Position numbers and translations under genes: made by a program | In this document: positions 1-8,739 of the stretch, one piece after another | Layout: every line of letters begins with the position of its first letter | How positions within the stretch are numbered: position 1 is the first letter of the stretch | The notes under the pieces: generated by a model | Databases searched by the model: none | What the model saw: the letters and a program-made list of their open reading frames with translations, nothing else | What the model was told of the DNA's origin: nothing | Source of the DNA: a virus | Taxonomy: Duplodnaviria; Caudoviricetes | Strand: one strand, 5' to 3' | Virus record (IMG/VR): IMGVR_UViG_3300032218_001037 | Coordinates: 1 to 39,694 of that record | DNA: 39,694 nucleotides

Positions 1-3000
1 AAACTTGCCCAAGAGGCAACTGATAGGGCATTTGGTGTTAAGGGAGTTATCTCTGGTCGTCAAGCAGTAAAGAATGCTGTTGAGAGTGGTGAGACATACG
101 GTTTTTCTTCTCTTACCCATCGTGCTATCAATGGTAGTAATACCGCTATTGATGATTTATTTGCCGAACTTCTCGGTGGTCCAAAGTTAAAGCGTGGTAC
201 AGAGTACTCTCCAACACGTTTGCGTGATAATAAAATTATTCGTGAAACTCGTGGTAAAAAAGAATATATAACTATTCCCGAAGAGAAGTCTTACTTTGGT
301 AAATCTTCTTTGCGTACTCAGAGTCGTATTGATGGCTTGCGTCTTCTTGCAGAAGACCCAGCCATTGCTACTGAAACACTTGTTAAGGGTACTCCTGGTA
401 GTTGGGTTGATAACAAGTGGATTCCTGGTTCATGGGTTTTAAGTAAGGATTTGCGTGGTGCTAATGCTTTTGCTGATGCTCTTGAAGAGCATGCAAATCA
501 TTTGCTGTCATCTATAACTAAAGATAAACAGTTTAATAGTGCTATCAAAGTTAAGGAACGTGATATTGCTCGTCTTGGTCAAAAATCTGAAGATTTGTTG
601 GCAAAGCGTGGTGAGAAAGTTAATAAGTATGGAAATACTTTAAGAACAATGAAGGCTAGATATGACAAGTTACGTGCTGTTGCAACCGACATGGAACATA
701 GTATGGTTCATCCTCGTGCTTTGCAGTTGGAGCGTGAGCAGGCTTTCAGTAAAGTTCTTTCTTCATTCACAGAAGATTTAGCAACAAAGAACTTTGGTTT
801 TACTGCTAGTGAGTGGAATGCTCTTTGGGTTTCTGAAAAAGATTTACCCAGTCTTTCAAAGTTGAAGAAACTTGAGCGTTCTGCTAGGGCAGACTATGAA
901 GTTCTTAGTGCTCCATCTAAAGAACTTTATACCAAAATGTATTCTCGTCCACAAACATATGCATATCTAAATAATGTAAAAGAAGCAGAATATAGACTTC
1001 AATATTTGCAGAATCAGATTGCTGTGCATGAGTCACGCACCTCTGCATGGGATAAGTTTGGAAAATTATTTCAAGAGTTTGACCAAAGGTCAAATCTTCC
1101 CAATGAGACTCGTAAACCTTTTGAAATTCTTTCTTCAGATAAGCGTGTTCTTGTTCGTAATCAACCTAAAGAGTTGCCAAGTGTTGTAAGTAAACGTTCA
1201 GAAATGTTGATGGAACGTTGGAAATCCCAACCAGAGTTTAAACATTTACAGGATTATCGTGCTGCATTGGGTGAAGCCGATAACACTAGTTATCAGGCTT
1301 ACCTTGCAGACAAGCAAGCAATCATTGACAGACAGGATGCTTTACGTGTAGAGATTTCTGCTCTTCGTGGTGATTCAGTAAAGAACATTGAGGAGATGGC
1401 TAGTTTCCAAAATCGTGTTGTTGATGCTTTAAATGAAAAGCGTAAAGTTACTGTTCAACTTCCTGAGCAACCAAAAAAACTTTCTAATAAGGCACAGAAA
1501 CTTGTTGAACGATTGCGAACCAACCCTGAAAGTTATTCAACTGAAAAAGTTTGGGACCCAAAATTGGGAAAATTTGGTGAGTTCAGAACACCTGTTACGG
1601 ATGGAAAAAATGTTGTTCAATATGTTTCTGTAGACCAGAAGGCTGTTGCTGCAAAGAAGTTTAGTGCTGGTGAAACTGTAATGAACGCTAAACTCAATCT
1701 CGAAGAAGCGCAGACACATCTGGAACAGTTGCAGTTTGACAAAATTATTGAAAAGAATTTGCAAGATGCCGCTATTGAATCTATTGCAAATATGACTGAT
1801 ATTCGCAAGCGTCAGTTGGCTGTTCGTTTGAAGTTGGTTAAAGTTTTGGATAAAGAGATGGGTGTTTCCAAGAAACTTGCCGAACAGGGTAAAACTTTTA
1901 CTGATAAGTTTAATGCTGTATTTGAATCTGCTGGCAATGTTTTGAATAAAGCTGAAACAAACTTTAGTATTGCCAAAGATTTTGAATCTTGGGCACCTGA
2001 GCGTATTGTTGTTTTAAAAAAGAATATTGATGATTTAACTCAGATTGCTGCAAAAGGTCGTCTTGTTAAGGGAACAATTAAAAAAGCAGATGATTCTTGG
2101 ATGGCAGGTGTTGAAGATTATATTACCGAGGCAAGTCATTTGCTTCATGGTATTGATGTTGGCGACCAGATTGCTCCAGAACAATCTGCTCTTCGTACTC
2201 TTGTAACAAACTATCTTGATGCTAAAGCAAACTATTTGAATGCGACTGTTGATTCAACTTTGGCTCAACGTGAGAAAGCAATATCTGATGGTATTAAAGC
2301 ATTGGGTGGAGAAAAAGGTTTGAAGGGTGTTACTGGTGCAATGTTTGGTCAGGGTCTTCCACCAGAGGCATACAAAATTTCTATGGCTTTTGATGATGGT
2401 TTTGTTCAGTTGAGCAAACAGTTTCCAAGTATCGGTGTCAAAAAAGAGTTGAGTGAATTTGTTGCTAACGTGCATCGCATAAATGAGCCGGCTGTGTCTA
2501 AAGAGTTGAACAAGTTCTTGGGTGCGTATACAAGGTTCTTTAAGGCTTATGCAACTTTGAGTCCTGGTTTCCATGTTCGCAACAGTGTATCAAACGGTTT
2601 TATGTTGTTTGCTGCTGGTGGTAATCCTAAGTATCTTTCTGAAGGTTTGGATATTAGTCGTTCATGGATTTCTGCTTCTCGTGCTGGTGACACATTTGAA
2701 AAGTGGTTGACAACTATGCCTGAAAGACAGCAGGGTAGAATTCGTACAGCATTCGAGGCTGCAGCATCAAGTGGTGGTGGTATGACTGGTGAGTTCTTAA
2801 CAGAGTCAACACCTTTTGGTACTGGCATGTCAAAGAAACTTGGTCGCTGGATTGAACAGAACTCACGTTTCATGCTTGCATATGATGGTGTCGCTCAAGG
2901 TTTGGATATGAATCTTGCTTCTGCAAGAGTGAAACGATTCTTGATTGACTACGAAAACACTTCAACAATGGATAAGACGCTTCGTCAAATTATTCCATTT

Positions 3001-3663
3001 TGGATGTGGACCTCACGTAACCTTCCAATGCAAATTCAAAACATGTGGTTGAATCCTCGTGCATACCAAATTTATGCTTCTATTAAACGAAACTTGAGTG
3101 CAGACCAACCTAATGATGTTGTGCCTGCTTGGATGCGTGAGACTGGTGCATGGAAACTTCCATTTGGTAAAGAACTTTACTTTATGCCAGACATGGGGTT
3201 TAATAGAGTTCAACAACAAATTAATGAGTTGCGTGACCCATCACGCTTCCTGGCTAACGTGAACCCTGCATTGCGCATTCCAGTTGAGTTGGCTGCAGGT
3301 AAACAGTTTTATTCAAACAGACCATTTTCTTCTAAGCCAGTTGAGGCAACAACAAATACGGCAAAGTTGTTGCAACCATTTTTACAATCGTTGGGTTATG
3401 GTCAAACTGGTCCAGATGGAAAACAGTATGTAAGTGACAGAGTGTATTCTTCAATTAGAAACGCTATACCGTCGCTTGCTACAGCAGAAAGATTAACACC
3501 ATCTATTGATACGCTGCAACAACCAGGTGGATTTAATAGTTTGTTGGGTTTCTTGGGTGTGCCAACACGTCAATTAAAAGAATCTGATAAAACATCAGAA
3601 TTAAGAAGACAATTAGCAGCAATAAATCAAATTGTTTCACAACAGAAAGCAGTAGGAGGATAA
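1..3663 (+). CDS. C-terminal half of giant internal virion/ejection protein (continues from 35750..39694 across the circular join)
   Basis: Frame 1 is open from base 1 (KLAQEATDRAFGVKG...), the same frame as track ORF 220..3663. The C-terminal region (FKAYATLSPGFHVRN...DYENTS...IIPFWMWTSRNLP) resembles large podophage ejection/polyvalent proteins. Confidence 0.8.
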   Translation, partial: KLAQEATDRAFGVKGVISGRQAVKNAVESGETYGFSSLTHRAINGSNTAIDDLFAELLGGPKLKRGTEYSPTRLRDNKIIRETRGKKEYITIPEEKSYFGKSSLRTQSRIDGLRLLAEDPAIATETLVKGTPGSWVDNKWIPGSWVLSKDLRGANAFADALEEHANHLLSSITKDKQFNSAIKVKERDIARLGQKSEDLLAKRGEKVNKYGNTLRTMKARYDKLRAVATDMEHSMVHPRALQLEREQAFSKVLSSFTEDLATKNFGFTASEWNALWVSEKDLPSLSKLKKLERSARADYEVLSAPSKELYTKMYSRPQTYAYLNNVKEAEYRLQYLQNQIAVHESRTSAWDKFGKLFQEFDQRSNLPNETRKPFEILSSDKRVLVRNQPKELPSVVSKRSEMLMERWKSQPEFKHLQDYRAALGEADNTSYQAYLADKQAIIDRQDALRVEISALRGDSVKNIEEMASFQNRVVDALNEKRKVTVQLPEQPKKLSNKAQKLVERLRTNPESYSTEKVWDPKLGKFGEFRTPVTDGKNVVQYVSVDQKAVAAKKFSAGETVMNAKLNLEEAQTHLEQLQFDKIIEKNLQDAAIESIANMTDIRKRQLAVRLKLVKVLDKEMGVSKKLAEQGKTFTDKFNAVFESAGNVLNKAETNFSIAKDFESWAPERIVVLKKNIDDLTQIAAKGRLVKGTIKKADDSWMAGVEDYITEASHLLHGIDVGDQIAPEQSALRTLVTNYLDAKANYLNATVDSTLAQREKAISDGIKALGGEKGLKGVTGAMFGQGLPPEAYKISMAFDDGFVQLSKQFPSIGVKKELSEFVANVHRINEPAVSKELNKFLGAYTRFFKAYATLSPGFHVRNSVSNGFMLFAAGGNPKYLSEGLDISRSWISASRAGDTFEKWLTTMPERQQGRIRTAFEAAASSGGGMTGEFLTESTPFGTGMSKKLGRWIEQNSRFMLAYDGVAQGLDMNLASARVKRFLIDYENTSTMDKTLRQIIPFWMWTSRNLPMQIQNMWLNPRAYQIYASIKRNLSADQPNDVVPAWMRETGAWKLPFGKELYFMPDMGFNRVQQQINELRDPSRFLANVNPALRIPVELAAGKQFYSNRPFSSKPVEATTNTAKLLQPFLQSLGYGQTGPDGKQYVSDRVYSSIRNAIPSLATAERLTPSIDTLQQPGGFNSLLGFLGVPTRQLKESDKTSELRRQLAAINQIVSQQKAVGG

Positions 3664-4191
3664 ATGAGTAAGCGTCCATATACGGGTAATAAAGATGGCG
3701 AAGCCAAAGGTCTTCGCCCCGGTATGAAAGTATTCATTGATGAGACAATCAAATTGTCTAATGGTGCACTCTGGAACAATGGAGATTTTGGCGTGAGGAT
3801 GATGAGGGGTTCTGAAACCTCTATGAGTGTTCATGCAACGGGCAGGGCAGTTGACCTATCGTTCAGGCACATGCCGCCTAAGAAGGGAATCAAGAACGGA
3901 AGGATTGAGGCTCTTCGTGTTCTAAAGATTATTGTTGCCAATGCAGATGCTCTTGGTGTGGAAGCAATATTTGATTACATCGTCAAGCCACATGGTCGTG
4001 CTTGGATGTGTGACCGTAATGCGTGGCTAAATTACAAGAAGGAAACTATCCACGGCGGTGGTTCGGGCGATTGGCTGCATTTCGAAGTTTCGCCTGCAAT
4101 GGCTGATAACGCTTCAAAGATGAAGGAAGCATTTGCGAACTTGGTGATTCCTTCTCCTGATGCTCAGGAAGAAACACCGACGCCTGCTTGA
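3664..4191 (+). CDS. Peptidase M15-family (LAS/Hedgehog-like Zn peptidase) endolysin
   Basis: SVHATGRAVD matches SxHxxGxAxD, with a downstream WLHFE Zn-ligand motif. GGAGG RBS; last gene of the late operon. Confidence 0.8.
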   Translation: MSKRPYTGNKDGEAKGLRPGMKVFIDETIKLSNGALWNNGDFGVRMMRGSETSMSVHATGRAVDLSFRHMPPKKGIKNGRIEALRVLKIIVANADALGVEAIFDYIVKPHGRAWMCDRNAWLNYKKETIHGGGSGDWLHFEVSPAMADNASKMKEAFANLVIPSPDAQEETPTPA

Positions 4192-4450
4192 GAACTGTTT
4201 GGCTGATAATCATTCCAATGGGAATGTGAGTTGGCATACCAACAGTTTTAAGATTTGGTACTTCATCTGGGAAGTATGATGTCACTAGGGTGACATATCC
4301 TTCCAAGCAGTCGGGCCATAACCAACCTACAGTCACAACAGTTGTGTCTGTTGGTTTGTAATCTTTGATTACTGTCCAACCGTTTTCTGCATCGTAAGCG
4401 TCACGCCAGTGAACGCTCATCAAGTCCCAGTTGCATTTGATTGGTTTCAT
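4046..4450 (-). CDS. Conserved phage hypothetical protein (VxWxDA...GW...VTVGWL...IPxGMI family)
   Basis: 134-aa ORF with GAGGAGG RBS, coupled to the upstream gene by ATGA. Its 3' end overlaps the endolysin on the opposite strand. Confidence 0.65.
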   Translation of the reverse strand: MKPIKCNWDLMSVHWRDAYDAENGWTVIKDYKPTDTTVVTVGWLWPDCLEGYVTLVTSYFPDEVPNLKTVGMPTHIPIGMIISQTVLKQASVFLPEHQEKESPSSQMLPSSLKRYQPLQAKLRNAANRPNHRRG

Positions 4451-4731
4451 ACTTCCTCCTCGTAAGGGTTGATTCCTTCTTCAAATAAGTGTTGCTCGAT
4501 TGTTTCTATTAGTCCAGACATAAACGAACCTATTCGCACCCATGCAAATGGGTCTCCCGATAAAGACTTCTGCCATGTTTGACATATTTCTATTGCCGAC
4601 TGGTTGCTTGCACTGAGAACAACGGTGACCCCGTTGTTCATAAAGTCTTTTATCTTCTCACCCTTTTCATTCATTGCTTTCGCTTGCGCTTCAGGAATGA
4701 TGTCGTATATCCAAGATGACTCATCAGACAT
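4447..4731 (-). CDS. Hypothetical protein (94 aa, MSDESSWIY...)
   Basis: Internal ATG at 4731 of track ORF 4447..4872, preceded by AAGGA; tiles with neighbours. Confidence 0.6.
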   Translation of the reverse strand: MSDESSWIYDIIPEAQAKAMNEKGEKIKDFMNNGVTVVLSASNQSAIEICQTWQKSLSGDPFAWVRIGSFMSGLIETIEQHLFEEGINPYEEEV

Positions 4732-4906
4732 TTCTTTTTTTCCTTTTCTTATTAGCAACATATATGAACCCGTAGGGCATACCGTTTTCCGATACTCCTT
4801 GACCCACAGTAACGTCGCCGTAATGCGCCGCAAGAATTTTAGCAACCGTATGCGGACTGACCTCAACATCAAAACCCACTGTTATCTGTCTCGTCGTCAA
4901 AGCCAA
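4724..4906 (-). CDS. Small hypothetical protein with basic C-terminus
   Basis: Fills the gap between minus-strand genes; ends KKRKKRNV; start uncertain. Confidence 0.5.
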   Translation of the reverse strand: MALTTRQITVGFDVEVSPHTVAKILAAHYGDVTVGQGVSENGMPYGFIYVANKKRKKRNV

Positions 4907-5177
4907 GCCTCTCTCTAATTACCGGATGTTGTGAAAGAATTGATTGTAGTCGTTCGTATGCGACATTGCGCAGACGCCAAGCATGAGTTTTTGTGACACC
5001 AAGACGTTCACCAAGTTCCTGTAGGGAAATCATTTCAGAGTTGAGTGCGTCAATAATGAACTGGTCTTGTTCGCCTAGTTGCTCGATACAAGAAGCGATT
5101 GCTTCTCGGAGCGGTTGTAGTTCTTCAACTGATTCAATAGTTGCTTCACCGATGCCAGCCATCATTAAGGCTTCCAT
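4869..5177 (-). CDS. Sigma-70 region 4-like HTH protein (no region 2)
   Basis: LREAIASCIEQLGEQDQFII...ISLQELGERLGVTKTHAWRLRNVAYERL fits the sigma region 4 pattern. The true start may lie slightly upstream. Confidence 0.75.
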   Translation of the reverse strand: MEALMMAGIGEATIESVEELQPLREAIASCIEQLGEQDQFIIDALNSEMISLQELGERLGVTKTHAWRLRNVAYERLQSILSQHPVIRERLGFDDETDNSGF

Positions 5178-5241
5178 CGGCGTTTCAGGTCGCCTCCCTC
5201 CTCGCAGTGTGCTTGCGTGGTAGGGATTGAGGGATATTTCT

Positions 5242-5676
5242 TTATTCTTCAGAGTCGTACTCGGGGTTAATCATCATGTCCATTACTTCTTCGGGAAGTA
5301 ATAAGAATCCTTTTGTTGGGTTACTTGAGTTCCAAGCAAACTTTTTTAGTCTACCCGCTGGAAGTGTATCAATATATCGCTTCAGTCTGTCAACTGACAC
5401 AGCAATCATCGCACCATCAAGACAGTAGATGTAGACCCACCATTTTGCTTCGGTCACAAACAGTCCAGAATCTTTCCAACCTGTTTCTCTTGGGTTCTGT
5501 TGTGTCTCCACAACCATGCGACCATTTCGGTAACGGTCTGTCTTCACTTCAAACGAACCGTCTGCGATTGATTGTAAAAAGTTTCGTGTTAGTTCTTCAC
5601 CTTTGCTTCCGAACTTCATGTCGTCTGCAAAGTTGTATCTGCGTTCTGCTGGAAAGTCCCATCTAGATTCTTTCAT
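5242..5676 (-). CDS. Putative PD-(D/E)XK nuclease-fold phage protein
   Basis: GEE...FEVKTD...VVE...SGL..TEAKWW pattern; TAATG coupling to RusA. Confidence 0.55.
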   Translation of the reverse strand: MKESRWDFPAERRYNFADDMKFGSKGEELTRNFLQSIADGSFEVKTDRYRNGRMVVETQQNPRETGWKDSGLFVTEAKWWVYIYCLDGAMIAVSVDRLKRYIDTLPAGRLKKFAWNSSNPTKGFLLLPEEVMDMMINPEYDSEE

Positions 5677-6038
5677 TATGCTTTCTCCAAGTACAGGCAA
5701 ACAATCTGTTTGTCATCTGTGTATGCCACACCGTTGAGTGCGTCAAGCACAGACTTGGCATAGTTATCTATGTCTCCTGTGAGTTTTGTTTTCGGTCCCT
5801 CAACTAACGGATTGTTTGTGACTGGTTCTATCATCAGTTCGGTTCCTTCTGTGGTGAAGCGCAACTTCACCGACAGAAGACCAACTTCAAATAGTGGACC
5901 TTTGTACAAGTCTGCTATTGACTTCTCATAATCCATTGTTGCTTTGGGTGTGTAGGCACGACCTGTTCTTGTCATTCGTGGTCGTGCTTTTGCTTTGGGT
6001 CGTACAGCAAAGTTTTGATGGTATTGATACTTTTTCAT
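5676..6038 (-). CDS. rusA: RusA-family Holliday junction resolvase
   Basis: PKAKARPR...YTP N-terminus and catalytic DIDNYAKSVLDALNGVAYTDDKQIV. Confidence 0.9.
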   Translation of the reverse strand: MKKYQYHQNFAVRPKAKARPRMTRTGRAYTPKATMDYEKSIADLYKGPLFEVGLLSVKLRFTTEGTELMIEPVTNNPLVEGPKTKLTGDIDNYAKSVLDALNGVAYTDDKQIVCLYLEKA

Positions 6039-6373
6039 TTTGAAAACTGGTTCCTTCCATATGGATTACGGTTTGAATTAAGACGACCTTTTTTGTAAGC
6101 ATCTTTCATGTTTGTTGAGTTGTCTCCAAGCCAAAGATGTTTTGGGTTAACACATGGTGGGTTGTCACACTCGTGACACACAAACATTCCTTGTGGAATT
6201 TCTCCATTGTGGATTGTGTATGAGTATCTGTGGGCAAGCCATCTGTTTTTGTTTTCTTGGAACAACCCATAACCTTTACTGTTTTTTGCCGCATCCCAAA
6301 TCCAACACGAATCAGTTTTGATTATCTTGCTGTGAAATCGTATGTAAGGATTTTTGATGAACGGAACAAACAT
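6035..6373 (-). CDS. Free-standing HNH (homing-type) endonuclease
   Basis: CWIW...GYG...AHRYSY...VCHECDNPPCVNPKHLWLG...N. Confidence 0.9.
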   Translation of the reverse strand: MFVPFIKNPYIRFHSKIIKTDSCWIWDAAKNSKGYGLFQENKNRWLAHRYSYTIHNGEIPQGMFVCHECDNPPCVNPKHLWLGDNSTNMKDAYKKGRLNSNRNPYGRNQFSK

Positions 6374-7272
6374 CAGGGTCTAAATGCTCCTGTCGTGTCA
6401 TCACCGTAGATGTCTTCAACTATCTTCACCAACTGTTCAACACAGTCTGCTCGTAGGTGGAACTTGCCCCAACGCTTGTCAGCGTCGGCAAGAATGATGT
6501 ACGCCATGTTCATCGGTGTTCCATGCTCGTGCATCTTGTGAACCATCTTACACAGAGTGTTTGACCTGTCACGTGATTCAAACGGTCCTTCTCTCCAAAT
6601 GTTTTTAACAAACGCATTCACATGGGTAAGTGCTTCTTGGACTGAGGCTGATGTTTGTAGTTGGTCTAGTACAGCACGGGTTCTTGGGCGATGCTTTTCT
6701 GCGAGGGGTCGCAAAAGATTTATGTTAACCCTTGACTCCTGTGCACTTTCTAGGAACTCTTTGAGTGTCATTGGTTTGTCATCCTGCTTGAACAACATGT
6801 ATCTGTTCTCTGGTATGTAGTCAATGCCACCCGGATATGGAAGACGAACATAGTTGCCTAGTCCGTTCACCTGTTCTTGTTTGGGGTTCACTTCTTTTGG
6901 TGGTAAACCAATCACTTCGTGTGCCGACAGGAATGCTCGGCGCATGATTGATGCTGGAATCCAGTCGTTAGCAAACACCCACACATGGAAACCTCTCACA
7001 GTTTTTTCTACAAACGATGGAATGCTTTTCATTCCGAACGCCACCTGTAGGTTTCGTGCTGAGTCAAGGTCGTCAATGTCAATGTCGGAACAACCCCAAC
7101 GGACGGTGGAACCGTCTGTCAGAGGGTAGATGCCAATGAGTTCTTCGCCGTACAGATGTTTGGCAAACGTTTCGTATGACACAGATGACTTCTTTGAGCC
7201 ACCTTCCCATGTTCCGTATGCATCAGTTCTGCCACCGAACAACGACATGAATATTTCTGTTGCGTCATTCAT
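6373..7272 (-). CDS. Archaeo-eukaryotic primase (AEP, TOTE-like clade) with PriCT-like C-terminus
   Basis: FGGRTDAYG, HLYG..IGIYPL, WGCSDID (DxD), GFHVWVF, EVNPKQ, GNYVRLPY, C-terminal DRS motif; adjacent to the helicase. Confidence 0.8.
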   Translation of the reverse strand: MNDATEIFMSLFGGRTDAYGTWEGGSKKSSVSYETFAKHLYGEELIGIYPLTDGSTVRWGCSDIDIDDLDSARNLQVAFGMKSIPSFVEKTVRGFHVWVFANDWIPASIMRRAFLSAHEVIGLPPKEVNPKQEQVNGLGNYVRLPYPGGIDYIPENRYMLFKQDDKPMTLKEFLESAQESRVNINLLRPLAEKHRPRTRAVLDQLQTSASVQEALTHVNAFVKNIWREGPFESRDRSNTLCKMVHKMHEHGTPMNMAYIILADADKRWGKFHLRADCVEQLVKIVEDIYGDDTTGAFRP

Positions 7273-8287
7273 GAAGTAGTCCCAACTGGTGGTATTGCTG
7301 TGGCAGTGCTGTGTCCAAGTCTGTTAGACGACCTGTGTGTGCATCCAATTCAAAGTGGATGTCATCTACAAGTTGTCCAGCAGGTCGCTTGTTTTTCAAC
7401 AGGTTGATGGTCACGGTGTATTCGTGAACCTTTGCTTCGTAGCGCAACTCATCAAGTCTGTCTTGTGTGCGTTCAGAATGTGAACGGTCAAGTTTCTCTA
7501 TGAGTTCCTGCATCTCTGCAGCAATCTGGTATTTCTTGCGCCTGACACCAATGATTGATGTTGCTTGTTGTTCTCCACCGAACGCACCTGATGACATGGT
7601 GAGTTTCGCACCGTCAGCACCAGCATGTCTAGATGTTTGGTGCAGAACCAACATTGGGATGTTGTGTCTGCGTCCGAACCCTTTGAGGAAGGTTGCTTTG
7701 TCGGGTACTGTCTCGCCTGCTTCTACCAAATCTAGGTAGTCAACAACTACCAAGTCAGGTACTTGACCCCACACATCACAGAGTTCGTTATAACCCCGTT
7801 CCATGTCTGATGAAGTTAGTGGCTGGTCAAACACAGCGAGGTTTGGAAAATCCTCTTCTGCTGTTTGTCGGAGTAGGTCAATGGCGTCTTTGTCGTCACG
7901 GGCTACTCTCGCTTCCAGTTCTCGTGCATCAATGTTGTGATGCATGCAGGTGAGTTTGGTTAGGACGAGTTGTCTTGGCTCGTCTGGAATGAACATAGCG
8001 ATGTGTTTGTCACGGTTGTTGCGAAGTGCATGTAGTAGTAAGAGTGTCTTACCACCGTGAGCGAAGCCCAACATCATGCAGATTTCTCCTGCCGCAATTC
8101 CACGCATCTCTGCGTCAATTTTATCTATGCCTAAATGCACTCTCTCATGTGGTGTCTGTGCCCATCTTACGAATGAGTCAACAGAATCAGCCAACGGTGA
8201 GTACAGTCGGTACTCGGATGGTGGAGCGACTTGTGGTCGCCCCACCGATTCCCAGCCCGCAGCAATTTGCTCTGCGGTCATCTTCAT
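7265..8287 (-). CDS. DnaB-like (SF4) replicative helicase
   Basis: Walker A GFAHGGKT, Walker B VVVDYLDLV, LHQTSR, EQQA and KNKR motifs. Confidence 0.85.
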   Translation of the reverse strand: MKMTAEQIAAGWESVGRPQVAPPSEYRLYSPLADSVDSFVRWAQTPHERVHLGIDKIDAEMRGIAAGEICMMLGFAHGGKTLLLLHALRNNRDKHIAMFIPDEPRQLVLTKLTCMHHNIDARELEARVARDDKDAIDLLRQTAEEDFPNLAVFDQPLTSSDMERGYNELCDVWGQVPDLVVVDYLDLVEAGETVPDKATFLKGFGRRHNIPMLVLHQTSRHAGADGAKLTMSSGAFGGEQQATSIIGVRRKKYQIAAEMQELIEKLDRSHSERTQDRLDELRYEAKVHEYTVTINLLKNKRPAGQLVDDIHFELDAHTGRLTDLDTALPQQYHQLGLLHE

Positions 8288-8739
8288 TATTTGGCTCGTG
8301 GTGGCCAGTAAGCCTTCTCAGCCTCTACGGCTTTGAAGTGTGGACGCTTTGCGTTTGCTTCCAAACCATCACGGTTGTCATACACTTTGTCTACACCATC
8401 ACGCTTGCACGCTTTGATAAGCCAGTCGGGGATGTCTCCGTGTTGCTTGCCCACAATTTTTAGTGAACCACTTGACTTGGGTTGTGCTGATGATGTTTCC
8501 ACTTCGGTTGAACCCGAGAATGAATCCTTAATCATCTGAACAACGTTATTGTTTTGTGCTACTGCTGTTGCTGTTGCTTGCTTGTTCTCCCCATAAATTG
8601 CTTCAATGAGGATGTCGTTGACAGTGGAAAACAAAACTGCAAACTCACCGAGTCGTGAGTCAACATCTTTTGTCTTATCGGTCATGTCTGACGCAATCTT
8701 TGCGCAGACCTGTGTGATAATTGCTCTGTCTTTGTCCAT
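8287..8739 (-). CDS. Putative ssDNA-binding protein with PDF-like motif
   Basis: C-terminal VYDNR...NAKRPHFK...YW resembles the WDNR..NP..PDFK..W motif; lies between the exonuclease and the helicase. Confidence 0.45.
   Translation of the reverse strand: MDKDRAIITQVCAKIASDMTDKTKDVDSRLGEFAVLFSTVNDILIEAIYGENKQATATAVAQNNNVVQMIKDSFSGSTEVETSSAQPKSSGSLKIVGKQHGDIPDWLIKACKRDGVDKVYDNRDGLEANAKRPHFKAVEAEKAYWPPRAK

Noticed and set aside
220-222. TTG at 220 as the start of the 1147-aa protein
   Set aside because: The frame is open from base 1 and joins the ORF starting at 35750.
6373-7272. TOTE conflict/defence system
   Set aside because: Only the primase domain is present, beside a DnaB-like helicase, so a replication role is more parsimonious.
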